Origin: Octopus bimaculoides
Taxonomy: Eukaryota
DNA length: 64,000 bases
Reading direction: 5' to 3'
Assembly (NCBI RefSeq): GCF_001194135.2
Contig: NC_069000.1
Coordinates: 6,300,590-6,364,589, forward strand
Each line of letters opens with the position of its first letter. Position 1 is the first letter of the stretch. The notes under the pieces were generated by a model. The model did not search any database and was not told the origin of the DNA. It worked only from the letters and a program-made list of their open reading frames with translations. Of this stretch, positions 1-13,900 are shown piece by piece. The translations under genes were made by a program, and so were the position numbers.

Positions 1-120
1 ACCACACACACACACACACACCACACACACACACACACACTTAAAATAACCTTTAAAAAACTGGTAAGATTTTATATGAATTTACTTTTCAAACTGTTTT
101 CAGTTGCACTACTCCTCCTC

Positions 121-560
121 CTCATCATCATTTAATGCCTGCCTTCCATGCTGGCATGGGTTAGATGGTTTGGCAGAGGCTGACCAGGCAGGTGCCTGTA
201 CCAGACATTCTTTTGTAAACCTGACACTTAGCTGTCCTTCTGGCTACCTGATATAACTCTCTGCTTCCACCATTTTCCCAGTCTTTCCAGTCTTGAGATC
301 ATTTGCATCAGAGAACTCCAGCAGCTTTGTTCTCTCCTCATTCCTAGGGACATGGGGATGCTGTCCAACATGTCCATTGAAGTCACATGCCACAATAACA
401 AAGTCTCTGTCAGCTTACTAATTCAGTGTATAGTAGTCAACTTGCTGCCAAATCTCAGTCCATTGTAACAGCCTCTTCTCCTCCACCAGCTGAGCCCACT
501 TGACAAACACCTCAATCACTTTCCCAATCCTTCCTCCCCAGAATGTCTATCCTTTTGAAT
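121..560 (-). mobile_element. RTE-clade LINE relic (endonuclease fragment + 3' tail)
   Basis: The minus strand reads FVIVACDFNGHVGQHP..RNEERTKLLEFSDANDL (APE endonuclease GDFNGHVG-like) and ends in the ...CCATGCCAGCATGGAAGG...TAAATGATGATG tail. Ends approximate. Confidence 0.65.
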
Positions 561-791
561 TTCCTTCATTCTATATTTGCATGTACTGACTAATGTTGAT
601 CTTCAATTACATAAGTTTTTTAACACTACAGAGGTTGTATGGAGGTCATGAGTACAACTGACTCCTCTCACTGAATAATTGAAATTGTAAAACTTTCTTT
701 TTACATGTTCAAAGTTTTTAAATTTAATTTTTATCTTAGTTTATTTTGTATCCTACTTGATTTTTAAAGCTTGAATATTTAATTAATATGT

Positions 792-829
<38 letters not shown>

Positions 830-843
830 TTTTTGTTTTTCAG

Positions 844-994
844 TTCTTCAAAATCTTTCTCTGAATGTAGACGAGAACACTAAAATGGCAAATGATAATT
901 TTCTTGTACAGTGTACTTTGTCTAATACAACTGAGCGCAATATCGAACTGAAATGGTATAATCCTAATAACGACTTAATTGTTGAATCAAAACT
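844..994 (+). CDS. NCAM: NCAM-like exon: Ig1 N-half (VLQNLSLNVDENTKMANDNFLVQCTLSNTTERNIELKWYNPNNDLIVESK)
   Basis: Long poly-T tract + CAG acceptor, GTAAGT donor at 995; 151 nt, phase 1->2; Ig B-strand Cys and C-strand Trp; not in the ORF track. Confidence 0.92.
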
Positions 995-3900
995 GTAAGT
1001 TGTATAATTTTAATTTTTTTATAGTCGTTTATTATTATTATATTTTAAACATATCTCTTGTACATTACTCTTTTTTTTTTCCTTTTTGTTAAATGTGTGC
1101 TTAATTAGATGTGTAGATATAAGAAACTGTTGCATCTTATTATTTAAATCTAACCTGTTGACTCTTTTTAAAATCACTGTGAAAACACTCCGAAATTTCA
1201 GTGTGTGATATAACCTAAAAGCTGCTTGATTATAATATATGGCTATGGTAAGAAAAATAAATATTAAAAAAAGAAAAGAAAAAGGCCAATTTGTATTCTT
1301 TATTGTAAGATGACAGTAACATTTTAATCTTGAATATTTCTGCCAAATTATCGCTAATTATTGATGACAGGTTAGTCTGTATGCTTCAGTTCTCTTTTAT
1401 TATACAAGAGACCTTGCTACTTTGTTCCTCCACACTAATTATCAGTTTGATAGTTACCTATGAATCCTTGTAAGAATTACCAAGCTTCAACCTCTCTCTC
1501 ATCACCATAGTTGTCCCAAGCAACTGAAGAATTAAAGGTGTTAGTAAAATTACCAACATTTTGTTTTTAAAGCCAGTGTTTAGCACACAACTCTAAGTAT
1601 CGTAACTGGTACTTGAACTGTCTTGATATCAATCAACCCAAACTGTCCTGGTTCTGTGATAAATTAAAATCTTAGATCAATATTCCATGTTAATTTAATG
1701 TTCCATTCATATTCCAACCTCTGTCCCACAGATTTGTCTCCACTTTTCTACTCCTAACACTAGGAGAATTCTGCATGCAATGATGGGTGGAACAAATACT
1801 TTCATTGAAAACTAACACTCTGTAGATAGTGTCATTGAACCCAAAGAAACTGAACAACCCCAAGTTTGGCGAATCTTAAAATAAAGATTCTCAGTTATTC
1901 TTCCCAGAAATTTAAGTGCACCTTCTCATTCATACAAGGTTGCCAAACAGTATTGCAGTGTCAGATGTAGCAGAATTTTGGACTTAGTAGTCATCTTCTG
2001 TTGGTGTGTGTGTGTGTGTCTGTCCCCCCTCTCAATTTTTAGAGTGTCACCTGCTTTGATATGTTAAATAGAGAGAAAACAATTTTTTTTTGTTTTTTTT
2101 GAAGATTTGTTTAAGATAAATTTGAAGAAATTTTCTATAAATAATTTTTTAAAAAATGTTGAGGGTTACTTTATCAAAAATCTTGACAATAATTTGAAAT
2201 AAATTACTTTGTCTAGTGTTAATTACTAGGCTCTTTAGCTCTGTCAGTGTCAGGTATCTCAGCTAGTTACCTATTATTATGATGGTATGACCATTGCATG
2301 TAACACTTCAAGTATACAATGAAATCGAACACAATCTGTTATAAATATATTTGTTATCCAGAAGACTACTACATATTTTTAGAACCCGTTGCTCATCTGC
2401 TGAGGCTGCAGGCTTAAATCCAGCTATAATGCAGTGTATTATGATTTAAGACTTTAACCAGTGTAGCTCTACAATAGCAGAATATTGATTTCAAATTTTG
2501 GCACAAGGCCAATAGTAGAATATTATAGGCAGATTATGTCTTAGATTTTGTTTCATAGTTACAATGGATTGCTTCTTGATGTAAAGATGAAAATAGATAA
2601 CTCTTATGTTAGAGGAGGTCACAAATGTCTAACAAAGAATGTAGCTTTCAAAGACATTCTCGCCTAAGTCTGTCCTTTACATACTACATACACATGTAGA
2701 CTTCCCTATCTTTAAAAAAGCATTTCAAAAGATGTAATTTATACTTCTCTGTAAATTCATAACAGTATCATAGTCTNNNNNNNNNNNNNNNNNNNNNNNN
2801 NNNNNNNNNNNNNNNNNNNNNNNNNNNNNNNNNNNNNNNNNNNNNNNNNNNNNNNNNNNNNNNNNNNNNNNNNNNNCTTCACCTCAGGAAATAGCAGCCA
2901 AGAAGCCACTTGTAAGGAATAGAGATTGAGAGAGAGCTTTGAAAGACTTTATCGATGGAAGAATCGTGACAAGTATGAGAAAGACGCAAGTTATAAAACA
3001 AGGCAAGAATGTTTACGAATTTTAGAGAGAGGAGGAGAGATTGCTGAGGAAAATGTGGCGAAGTTTAGAAACACATGGGTTGTGAAACGGAGAGAATACT
3101 GCAAAAATTTAAAGAATTAGGAGTTTTGAAAGTTATTTTAAAAATTAAAGAATTACAAATTTTGAAAGTTATTTTAAATCAAAGTACAGCATGTTAGTAT
3201 TTATGAGTTAGCTGAATGAATGATGAGTGATTAAAACTAGAGAAATTTCTTCACATCTTTCTTTTTCTCATGGTTTCTTTTGTTTTATCCATTATAAGCC
3301 AAAATATCTTTAAGTGTTGATTTAAGCAAATTACAGTGGAATAATATTTATTCAGTAAATAAGATTTTGTAATTTTCCTAGTCTAATAAAAATTCTAGAT
3401 TTTAAATATTCAATATTGAAAATTCTGTTTTTAAATTCATTTGTAAGATTTTATCCATTATGCTTAAGTGTAATTTTGACTTAAGGACATTTTGGTTTTT
3501 CTTAATTTTTCTAGCATCAAAATTCGTAAGGAGCCACCATTCAGCAGCAAACTCATTTTGAAGGAGTTGAAAACAAGTGATGCTGGAGTGTATGCTTGCA
3601 GAGCTGAAGTAAATGGCAAGAAGTTAGAAGCCATCACAACATTGAAAATATACCGTAAGTTCTTTCTTCTCAGTTGTTGTTTTAAATAATGATTGAGTGT
3701 ATATTGTCATTTTAACATTCACTCATCTATACTTGGCATGGATCAGGCCCAATTCGTTGAGACACATCTTGTATGGCCAGGTGCTATTCTTTCATTAACT
3801 CGTGTTTTTACCAAGCAAAATATTTCCACCCATCCTTTGAACAAAACAGCACCATGCTTATGTGAGTGATGTTCCTTTACAATTAGAACATGTCAAGATA

Positions 3901-5422
3901 AGAGAGACACATGCACGCACATAATTGAAGGCTTCTTTCAGTTTCCATCTACCAAATCTACTCTCAAGGCTTAGGGCCTAGAAGACACTTATTTTATCCA
4001 TTCTGCTTCAATGGTTGAATGTTGGCCAAGATGCTATACGGTGATATTCTAGTTTTCTTGGGTGATGGCTGTGGCAGAATGTCCAGACCTCAGGTCATCT
4101 TCAAGACTCTCCCTACCCCTCTTGAATTCAACTGCTTGCTTTCGCACAGTTGATAAAGCTGGGGCATCTTCCCCCTAATGTAGCAGCCATGTCAGCATGA
4201 CTGTCCTGGGTAGCTAACCCCTTTTTCTGCAGATATTTGATAACACCACAGTTCCAAATTTTATCCATTTTCACGAAATGTCTCTAGTACCACTTTTTTT
4301 AAGTCCTCAATTCTGTATCTAATGTGGGTTTATCCGGAAAGAAAACAATGCAGTTAGTATCAGTAAAGGTTGAATTTAATGCATGCCAAGTTTAATCACT
4401 GTATGGTAACTCCTAAGTCAGCCTATGAATTTTTCAGTGCCCCTCCCCCCTCTTAACTACATACTCAGTACAAGCAAAATAAGCCACTTAAACATACAGG
4501 GCTCATGTTGCTTGCTAGACCAAGCCATTCAGAAATGGCTTTTCCACGAATGGGATTCAACATTGTGTCGGTTTTATCACACTAGAGAAGTGCAACACTT
4601 GTATCCAATTTACTTTGTCATTTTCAAGTGCACAGTTTTTTAGTCTTCTGACAGCACTATGAGTTTGTTAGGTTGTTTGTTGTAATGTATACACACACAT
4701 AAATATCTAAACATATCTCTGTACATATGGTAAATATGCAACCTAGCATATTGTTCCCATGCAGACTTTGAGGTAAATTTAGATCTAGTTAATGTCATCT
4801 AATATTAGTCTTGGTACCGGTAATGTTTTTTACTGTCAAAAGAAGAAAAAAAAAAAGAAAAACTTCATAATGGTCAGTGAACTGCTTCACAGTTATAAAG
4901 AAGAGAGTATTGAAGCATTTTCTTCTTCTTTCCACAGGGCCACTTGGTTTTAGTAATTGTGAAGAAGTACAGCAACCAATTATTTATAAAGATGCCAAAA
5001 TCCGATGTACTGCAACAGGAGACCCTGCTCCCAAAATTCAGTGGAAACACAAACTGAAAAAAATTATTACAGGTATGTCTTTTATTTTTTATTATAACAC
5101 CAAAATTAGTAGGGTTTTTTCATACGTTAGCAATTACAAAGGTGTTAACCCTCGTCTGAGAGTTACCTCATCTAGCAATAAAGTAAAATGACAAGGGCTT
5201 GTTATATATATTTATTTATTTATATGTACATCATCATCGTTTAACGTCTGCTTTCCATGCTGGGTTGGGCAGTTTGATGCACCAGGCTCCAATCTGACCA
5301 CGCCCAAATGTTGTTTTTCCTCTTGCAACCAGCACATGTGCCAGTAAGGTGGCGCTGGCAAGGATCACGCTCAGATGTGCTTTTAATGTTCCACTGCCAC
5401 ATCATTGATTTTGATTTCACAG

Positions 5423-5456
<34 letters not shown>

Positions 5457-5736
5457 NNNNNNNNNNNNNNNNNNNNNNNNNNNNNNNNNNNNNNNNNNNN
5501 NNNNNNNNNNNNNNNNNNNNNNNNNNNNNNNNNNNNNNNNNNNNNNNNNNNNNNNNNNNNNNNNNNNNNNNNNNNNNNNNNNNNNNNNNNNNNNNNNNNN
5601 NNNNNNNNNNNNNNNNNNNNNNNNNNNNNNNNNNNNNNNNNNTATATATATAGTATAACGACAGTTTTCGAACAGCTCTGATCACAAATAAATTGTGATT
5701 TATCTCCTTTATCTCCTTTCTCTCTCTCTCTCTCTT

Positions 5737-5821
<85 letters not shown>

Positions 5822-5856
5822 CTCTTTCTCTCTCTTTCTCTCTCTCTTTCTCTCTT

Positions 5857-5915
<59 letters not shown>

Positions 5916-6980
5916 CTATATAGAGCTACTTCACCACTTGATGAGATGAAATGTCATCTTAGCAGCTTCAGTACACAAGTGTTTACTTGAAATTGCTCTT
6001 TTATTGTGTAACTGTACTTGTATGGCAGTCATCAAGGTTGCTACTTTTGGGTACATGTGCTCTCATCTCTCTAGTAGCAATGGACCAGCTAAAAGCCATC
6101 TCCCATCTTTCATTTCTCCTACTTTATTCTCTACATATGTTGCTAGGCAACTAGGTGATGGTTTTGGATGAAACTAAATATTAAAGATGAATAATATTTA
6201 TGTTTTTAGAATGAATGTTGTGGAAGTATTCCGACCACCCTGCAAGAGACTAAGAGGTGGACTGATTCCTTCCTATAAAGAACTGTGAGCTTGTGTTGGT
6301 AGCAGTTCAATGTGAGCCTTTGATATAGAATGTTGAGTCTCGTGTAATAGTAGTGCGTTTGTGTATATACTTTCTCCCCCCTGCTTTGTTATAATATATA
6401 TCCAGTACAAGACATAGAAGTTAAAGATGCCTTTGAAGTATTTTATTTAAAAGGAAAACAATGCTTAAAAGATGTTTTACACTGTACTTTGAGATTTGAA
6501 TATTTTAATCTGAAAAATTATGATTCTCTTATTTAGCTGGACGTTACGAAGTGGATGCTGATGGCTTGATAATTAAGAATATTACTGAAGCTGATAATGG
6601 AGAATATGTTTTGGAAGCAGAAATTGTTTCGAAAAGTTCGTATGATGAGAAATCAATCATAGTTAAAGTTGTTGGTAAGTAGAAATGGAAAAAATAGATT
6701 TCTTCTTTTCATTTAACATCTGTTGTTTTCTGTTGATTGTATTGAGGTAAAATCGTACCTGTCTGTTTATCTTATTGTAGTTGGTTGTAACAATGTTCTT
6801 AGCGGGTGCTTCTCTTTATTGCTGTTGCTGTGTGTGTGTGTGTGTGTTCATTTCTTCATCCAGCACCCCTCTTATCTTATTCCACCAGTTTTTGAAGGAG
6901 TAACTAGTCGTGTCAACAAGGAATGTAAACAGCATTAGACATAAGTGAAGCCATGACACGTCAACATTCACACGCATGGA

Positions 6981-7021
<41 letters not shown>

Positions 7022-9083
7022 ATTTATGCAGTGAGCTTTCTACAGTTGTCTACTTAATTCACTCTGAAAGCAGTGGTCAGCCACCCGGGGGCCATCTTGT
7101 TATAACGTGCTCTCCCATGGTGCTGCTGTTCAGTGGGACTAAAACCTAAACCGCATGGTTATAAAGCAAACTTCTCAATTACATCTCCCTCCCTTCCTCC
7201 CTTTTTTTCTCATTACATTAATTTAAAGATGCTAAAATCTTTGGGTATATACCAATGGTGAACTTTAGTTTGAAAAATAAACACTGCTGGCATGACAGTA
7301 AGTAACACACACACACACACATGTGGGAGGTGGGGTAAAGAAACCAGAATGAATTTGGTTTAATCACTTTGAGAAGTTTACTTCACTATCACTTGATTAC
7401 ATTGGTGTAGCACCTTGGACAACTGTTTTTCCAAGTTGGCTAAAGCCTTGTGAGTCGTTAGGTAGATAGAGATTGTACGGAAGCTTGTTGCTTAGACTAA
7501 ACACCATCTTCAATTATAATATTACTAAATCATTTGGTGGGAGCATAGCAAAAACTTCCATTAAATCATGCTAAAAGGGCTGCTGCTAGGGGAACTAGTT
7601 GATCATTCATCAAACGAGTTTCACTAATGACTATTAAGTCTTTTAATCAAATCATGTCTTCAAGATTGAGTCTTTCCAATTGCTTTTACAGCCATTGTGT
7701 GGTAATGGGTTTTTATAACCATTGTGCGATAGCCTACATACCTACCTACCTATTTAGCTACCTCAGTAGATGATTAGCCCTCTGTTTATCTATCTATTTC
7801 AAGCTAGCTGGTTATTTAATAATTTGCATCTCCACATGTAGGTATCGATACGGATTAAGGTTTTCTCTGTTTGATTCATTTACTACTACTACTACTAACA
7901 ATACTAATCTTTGATATTGTGATTGCTTTTTCTGTATGAGTGTTGTCTCTTTGCAGTACCTCCCAAGATATCAAAGCCACCAGAAGTGAGCAAGCCTGTT
8001 GAAGGGTCAGAGTTATCATTAAGTTGCAAAGCATCAGGAGACCCTAATCCTAAATATATGTGGTTTAAGGTGCGTTTTGAACATTTTTCTTTTTCTCATT
8101 TCTGTATGCTAAAGAACTTATTATTGACAGAAACAATTAAGAACACTGTATGCAACTAATTAATTTTAATTTCTGCATAGAACGATCAAGAACTGTCAGA
8201 TTCAAGAATTGAAATGGATAACATTGCTGGTAAATTAAAGGTGTCTAATGTAAAAAAAAGTGACGGAGGTAAATACAAATGTGTGGCATATAACATTGGT
8301 GGCAATGACAGTGCTACTGCAGAAGTAACTATTCTTGGTAAGTAAGCTTTTCTTAAAGTAAATTAATGGTATGTGTGTGCTCTGCAGGTGCTGAGGAATA
8401 AATCAATTATGTTATGGCATCTGATATAATTGCCTGGCCTAATAATGACTGATTATTTAATGAAGCGTGTATGCTTTACAAAGTTTAACCCTCTCTGATC
8501 TGGACCCCCTGTGTCTAACTTTACCCTCCACCTGGGATCCTAAACAAAAATATAAATAGTTGCATACACAACTCAAGAGTAATGATTGCAGGCAAACTAA
8601 TGCATAAAATCACAAAAATTAGAAAAAAAGGCTTCAGGTGAACAGCACCAACAATAACAGGCCTATCTCTCAGCAACTGTATTTGCTATTTTCCTCTCCA
8701 CTTTCACCTGTTTGATTGTCTGCACAAGAGTAAACTTGTTCTCAATAATTTCTTCAACTGCAGTGGCTCTAGTCCTTTGCTTGTTTACTAGACAAAGTGC
8801 TGGGATCATCACATCCCCTTTCCCCCTTTTAAAAGCAAAAAGTAAAACAACAGCAGCTGTGTGGGACACCCTTATCAATGAGTCATAAATACATTTTGAT
8901 TACAAAGCTGCAATGTGATCAGTTGTCTATTTTTAGTATTTTATATTTTCCCTGCATGTATTGTTCATTGTTGCTTTGTTGGGAACCCAGATGGTTAAGC
9001 TATTTCCAGTATACTGGGGACACAGTGTGATAGGACTTAAATAAAATCTTTTGTTTTCTGTGTTTATTACTATATATTACTAC

Positions 9084-9135
<52 letters not shown>

Positions 9136-10937
9136 NNNNNNNNNNNNNNNNNNNNNNNNNNNNNNNNNNNNNNNNNNNNNNNNNNNNNNNNNNNNNNNNN
9201 NNNNNNNNNNNNNNNNNNNNNNNNNNNNNNNNNNNNNNNNNNNNNNNNNNNNNNNNNNNNNNNNNNNNNNNNNNNNNNNCAACGGTCAATCATAATAATG
9301 CGAAAAGTTCAAAAGTTTTTTAGACGTCGTGGTATATTGAAGCGATTTCCAATCAGAAGATGGGTCCAGTGTAATCCGTATATATATATATATATATATA
9401 TATACTCTCTCACCACAATTTTCTCTCTCTCTTTCTTCCTGTTTCTGTTGTACCTGTATTTCAAAGGGCCAGCGTTGTCACACTGAATCTCCCTGAGAAC
9501 TACGTTAAGGGTACACATGTCTGTGGAATGCTCAGCCACTTGCACGTTAATTTCATGAGCAGGCTGTTCTGTTGATCAGATCAACTGGAACCCTCGTCGT
9601 CGTAAGCGACAGTGCCAACCATATATATATATATAAAATGTGTGTATTGAAGTAACAAAAACTAGTTGGTGAAGTTGTGTTGTAATAATGTTAACCAACA
9701 TGTTCTGTACTGAAATTTGAACTTCAATCATTTCAAAATTCTCTTTTTTTTTTTAAAATTTTATTTTATAGTTCCTCCTTCAGTTGAAATCCCTCGAAGT
9801 GGAGATGGTAAAGAAGGTGAATCAATCACTTTAGTTTGTAAAGGAAAAGGTGTTCCAGTACCATCACTTACCTGGCAAAGAAGTAACGATGCTCCTTTCC
9901 CTATTGGTGAAGAGGTTAGCAAAATTAACAATTGGTTGACAATGAAATTTCACACGATTTTTTGATTAAAATGAGTTTTTCTTTATTTTCTACTTTACTA
10001 TTTTATGTCTTTTAACAGTTGAATGGAGTATTAGTTAAAGAAACCAAGAATCGGCCAGATAAAGAATTGACTTTAACCATTGCTTCTCTGAAAGCTAGCG
10101 ATGCTGATAATTACACTTGTTTTGGAGATAATGAGGCTGGTAACGATGCCAAGCGAACCTACCTCCGGGTTGAATATAAACCTGTTTTTATAAATACTCC
10201 AACTACTGCTTACAATTGGATGGGCAACAAAGCCAACATAACCTGCACTGCCAAAAGTTATCCCAAAGCTATAATATCATGGAAAAGGGATAAGGAGGAA
10301 ATTAAAGGAGATACTGAGACGTATAAAATATTCAAAATAGAAGGTCAAGAACAGATGACCAGCTTACTCCAAGTAAGTATCAACATATCAGATGGGCTAT
10401 TTGGAAATTTGGGTTTGTGATGAATACAGTTGGTATTTTATGTCACACAAACATGATGGTGTGCTTAAGAAGTTTGCTTGCCAGCTGTATGATTTGCGGT
10501 TTAGTCCCACTGCATGATACCTGAGGCAAGTGCTTTCTATTATGGCACTGGGTCAGCCAAAGCTTTGTGAATGGATCTGATAGTTGGAAACTGAAAGAAA
10601 ACCTGTCGTGTGTGTGTGTGTGTAGATGTGCTATACTGGGTGCTTCTTTTTCATGACACCAGCATTTGTGACGTCACTATGTAACTCACAAGATAAGGAC
10701 CCCCTCAACTGAGTGTTAGTATATGCATGTGTGCAATTCATGCATGTGTGTCTCTTTGTTTTGACATCATGCCAGTTATTGTCATCATCTCGGCAACTAT
10801 ATCTGATGGACCGGCTACTTTGCCTATATAATTGTTCACTTCAAACTCAGTCTTTTTGTTCCTCTTCCTCTTATGCATTTCTCACATTTATAAAGGACAA
10901 CCTCTCATAATAACATTTCCAGACCTATTTCTTGTGG

Positions 10938-10976
<39 letters not shown>

Positions 10977-13900
10977 ACTAGGCATGACCATTCATTTTAG
11001 TCATTTATTAAATGTATATTAAAACTTTATTGATTTCACTTGGTTGGAGCCTGGTGTAGCCATCTGGTTTCACCAGTCCTCAGTCAAATCGTCCAACCCA
11101 TGCTAGCATGGAAAGCGGACGTTAAACGATGATATGTGAGACAAATATGTTTGCTTGATATAAGACTGCAGATGGAACAGTATGATAATGTTGTTGTTGT
11201 GGTGCAATATGGAAATTGAATTGATTTTTTTAGTGGTAATAATAAAATACTGACAGTTATTTCATAATTGAAGAAATCTATCTAATATTAGGAAATTGGA
11301 TGTGAATTTAAAAAAAAAATCTTCCTGTGCAGTATTATTGACATTTTTGTTATTTTTGTTAGGTTAAGGTGACTCCTAGCAACGAGAATTCTGTATTTAC
11401 TGACTATAAATGCAAAGCTTTCAGCATCAGAGATTCAACAGAGATAACAATAACTTTAAAGAAAGCAGGTTGGTATGATTTTTTGTTTTTTTTTATTAAA
11501 ATGTTACTTTCTTGTATCAATTATGAGACATTTAGTATTCTCTTGTCCTTGCCCACATATGTCCACTGTCTCACTGTAAAATTGTTCATAGTTTGGATTT
11601 TTCAATCACATTCATTCTAAGCTAAGAAATAAAGTTTTAAAAAAAAAAAGCATTTTGTAGTGTTTCACTGAAATAGTTGTTGAAATGTATTGGGGGAAAA
11701 TTCCTTTTCTGAGTTTTTAATGGTGTAGGAAAAATAGTGTGATATTGTTTAAACTGTTAAAATCCTTTTTGGAGGCTTTTTGGTAGGAAATTCTTCCCAA
11801 AATGAAGTTGCTTCTTCTGGCACAGAAGAGCACTAAGTTCCAGTCTTTAAGCCCCTAAACAACAATTGTATTTGATTTATACTTTTAGGTGGTTCAGGAT
11901 TGACTGGTGTGGATATCCACTCTTTAAGACTCTGTTAAACAGCTACTTAGGGCTTCTGCCATTTTCTTACTCCTTAATGATCTTTAACATTCACACGACT
12001 CTGTCAAGTATAAAGCTTATTTAGTAGCATTGTTTTGAACCAATTGTATTATCTTGTAGATTTGACATTTCAACGATGTGACTGTTAAGTTTTAGAATGG
12101 AATAGTATGAATATAACCTTGTGTAGATTTGAAATTTGAGATTTTTGAAGTATTGCTGTATGTAGATTTACGTGTGTACTTTTGTTGTATTCCATTAGTT
12201 TCATATATCTAAATAATATATGTGCATGTATCATCTAATTTTTACAGTTGTTCCTAAGCGTCCTGTTAAAGTCAATGCACTTGATCCCACTCCAACTACT
12301 ATCACACTGGTCATCAGTCCTCCAGAGAGTGATGGCGGTATCCCTGTCACCCAATACCATATCACTCAGGTTACCAGTGGCAGTGACAAGAAAGAAGAAA
12401 AAGATGTCCCAGTTCCTGGTTAGTTACATTTTTCTACAGTAATTCATGTTATGCAAACCACTTGTTTGACCCCATGGTTGTAGGTTCAATCTCACTGTGT
12501 GGGACCTTGAGCAAATGTCTTCTATAATCCTAGGCTGATCAAATCATTGTGAGTTGGTTTGGTAGGTGGAAACTCAGTCCCATTGTGTGTGTATGTTATA
12601 ACACACACACACACACACGCACATGCAAGAAGACTGGAAAGAAATGAATGAGCATGCTCTGTTGTATATGCAAATAAAAGTATACATAAACGATAATATA
12701 AATGTGCTGATAAAAAAAACTGAGCTGAAGTGGAATCAGATGTAATGTACAAAAAAAAAAAAAGACTGCACTGGTAGGAACATGTAGTGTGTATGGATGA
12801 GGACTGCTCTTTAAAGAAGTGACAATCACTAAACATGGCTGGAGCTTGTGGTTGAAGGACACCGAGAAAGACATGGGGGACATGGTGGTAAGGGCTGACC
12901 TTAGGACTCTGAGTGTCACAGGGGACCAGGGTGCCTGGTGATGCATGGTCCTTGAAAAGACTTGCCCATCACAGCAAAACTGAGGTCTGGAAATACTGAG
13001 TATGCCCATATTACATATGGGCACCTCACCTTCATCTCCCTCCTCCCCATTTTGCTCCTGCTACTACCACCACATCTCTCCCACTACAGTTTCCCTCGAC
13101 ACCACATTTCCTTTCTGGACCATATTGGTATTATTGGTAGCCCTATTTTTAGTAGGGTTAGTAAGAGTACCGAAACGACCTTAGACATTTCATATGTTAT
13201 AGTTTAATGAGAGGGAGGTAGGAAAAGTTTTATGTCCAATACAAATTTAATCATCAAACAAGTGCACGAGTTAATATAATCTAACGAAGAGTCGATACAA
13301 TTATAGTCTGCAGTTGTTACCCATGGTCTCTTGGTGAAAGACTAGCTTAAGGGTTTAACTACTGCTATTTTGACAATTCTCTTACTGGTGTTGTTTAGCT
13401 CAACTTACTATAGCCATCTCTTTCTTTTTGCACACTAACGTATTAGCCAATGTACTTTTCCCATTTTAAAACAGTAATTTGAATTGAGATTTAACAGCTG
13501 TTTCCATCAGGTTGAGCAACAGCATTGAGACTTCATTTGTTGGCTTGTGATTGTCAATCGACTGACATTATTTGAAGATTAAATCATTCAATATCAGTGC
13601 CTGATCAAATTTAGGCCTAACTGCATTCATAATAACACTTAGGTATGCATGGTTGTTTGGCGGGCTGGGAAATCAACATTTTATTTGCAGGAATATGATG
13701 TAGTCTTTGGTAATGTAATGGTGCTAGCAGAAGTACCTGCAAGTTTAAATGTATTTTGCCTTTTGTCTGATAATTTTCACATTTCAACCTTTTCTTTGTA
13801 GAACCAAGTAAAACCCAGCGTGTTGTACTTGAAAACTTGACTCCAAAAACCAAATATCAGCTCAAAGTGTTTGCTGGAAACAGAGTTGGACTCAGCACTA

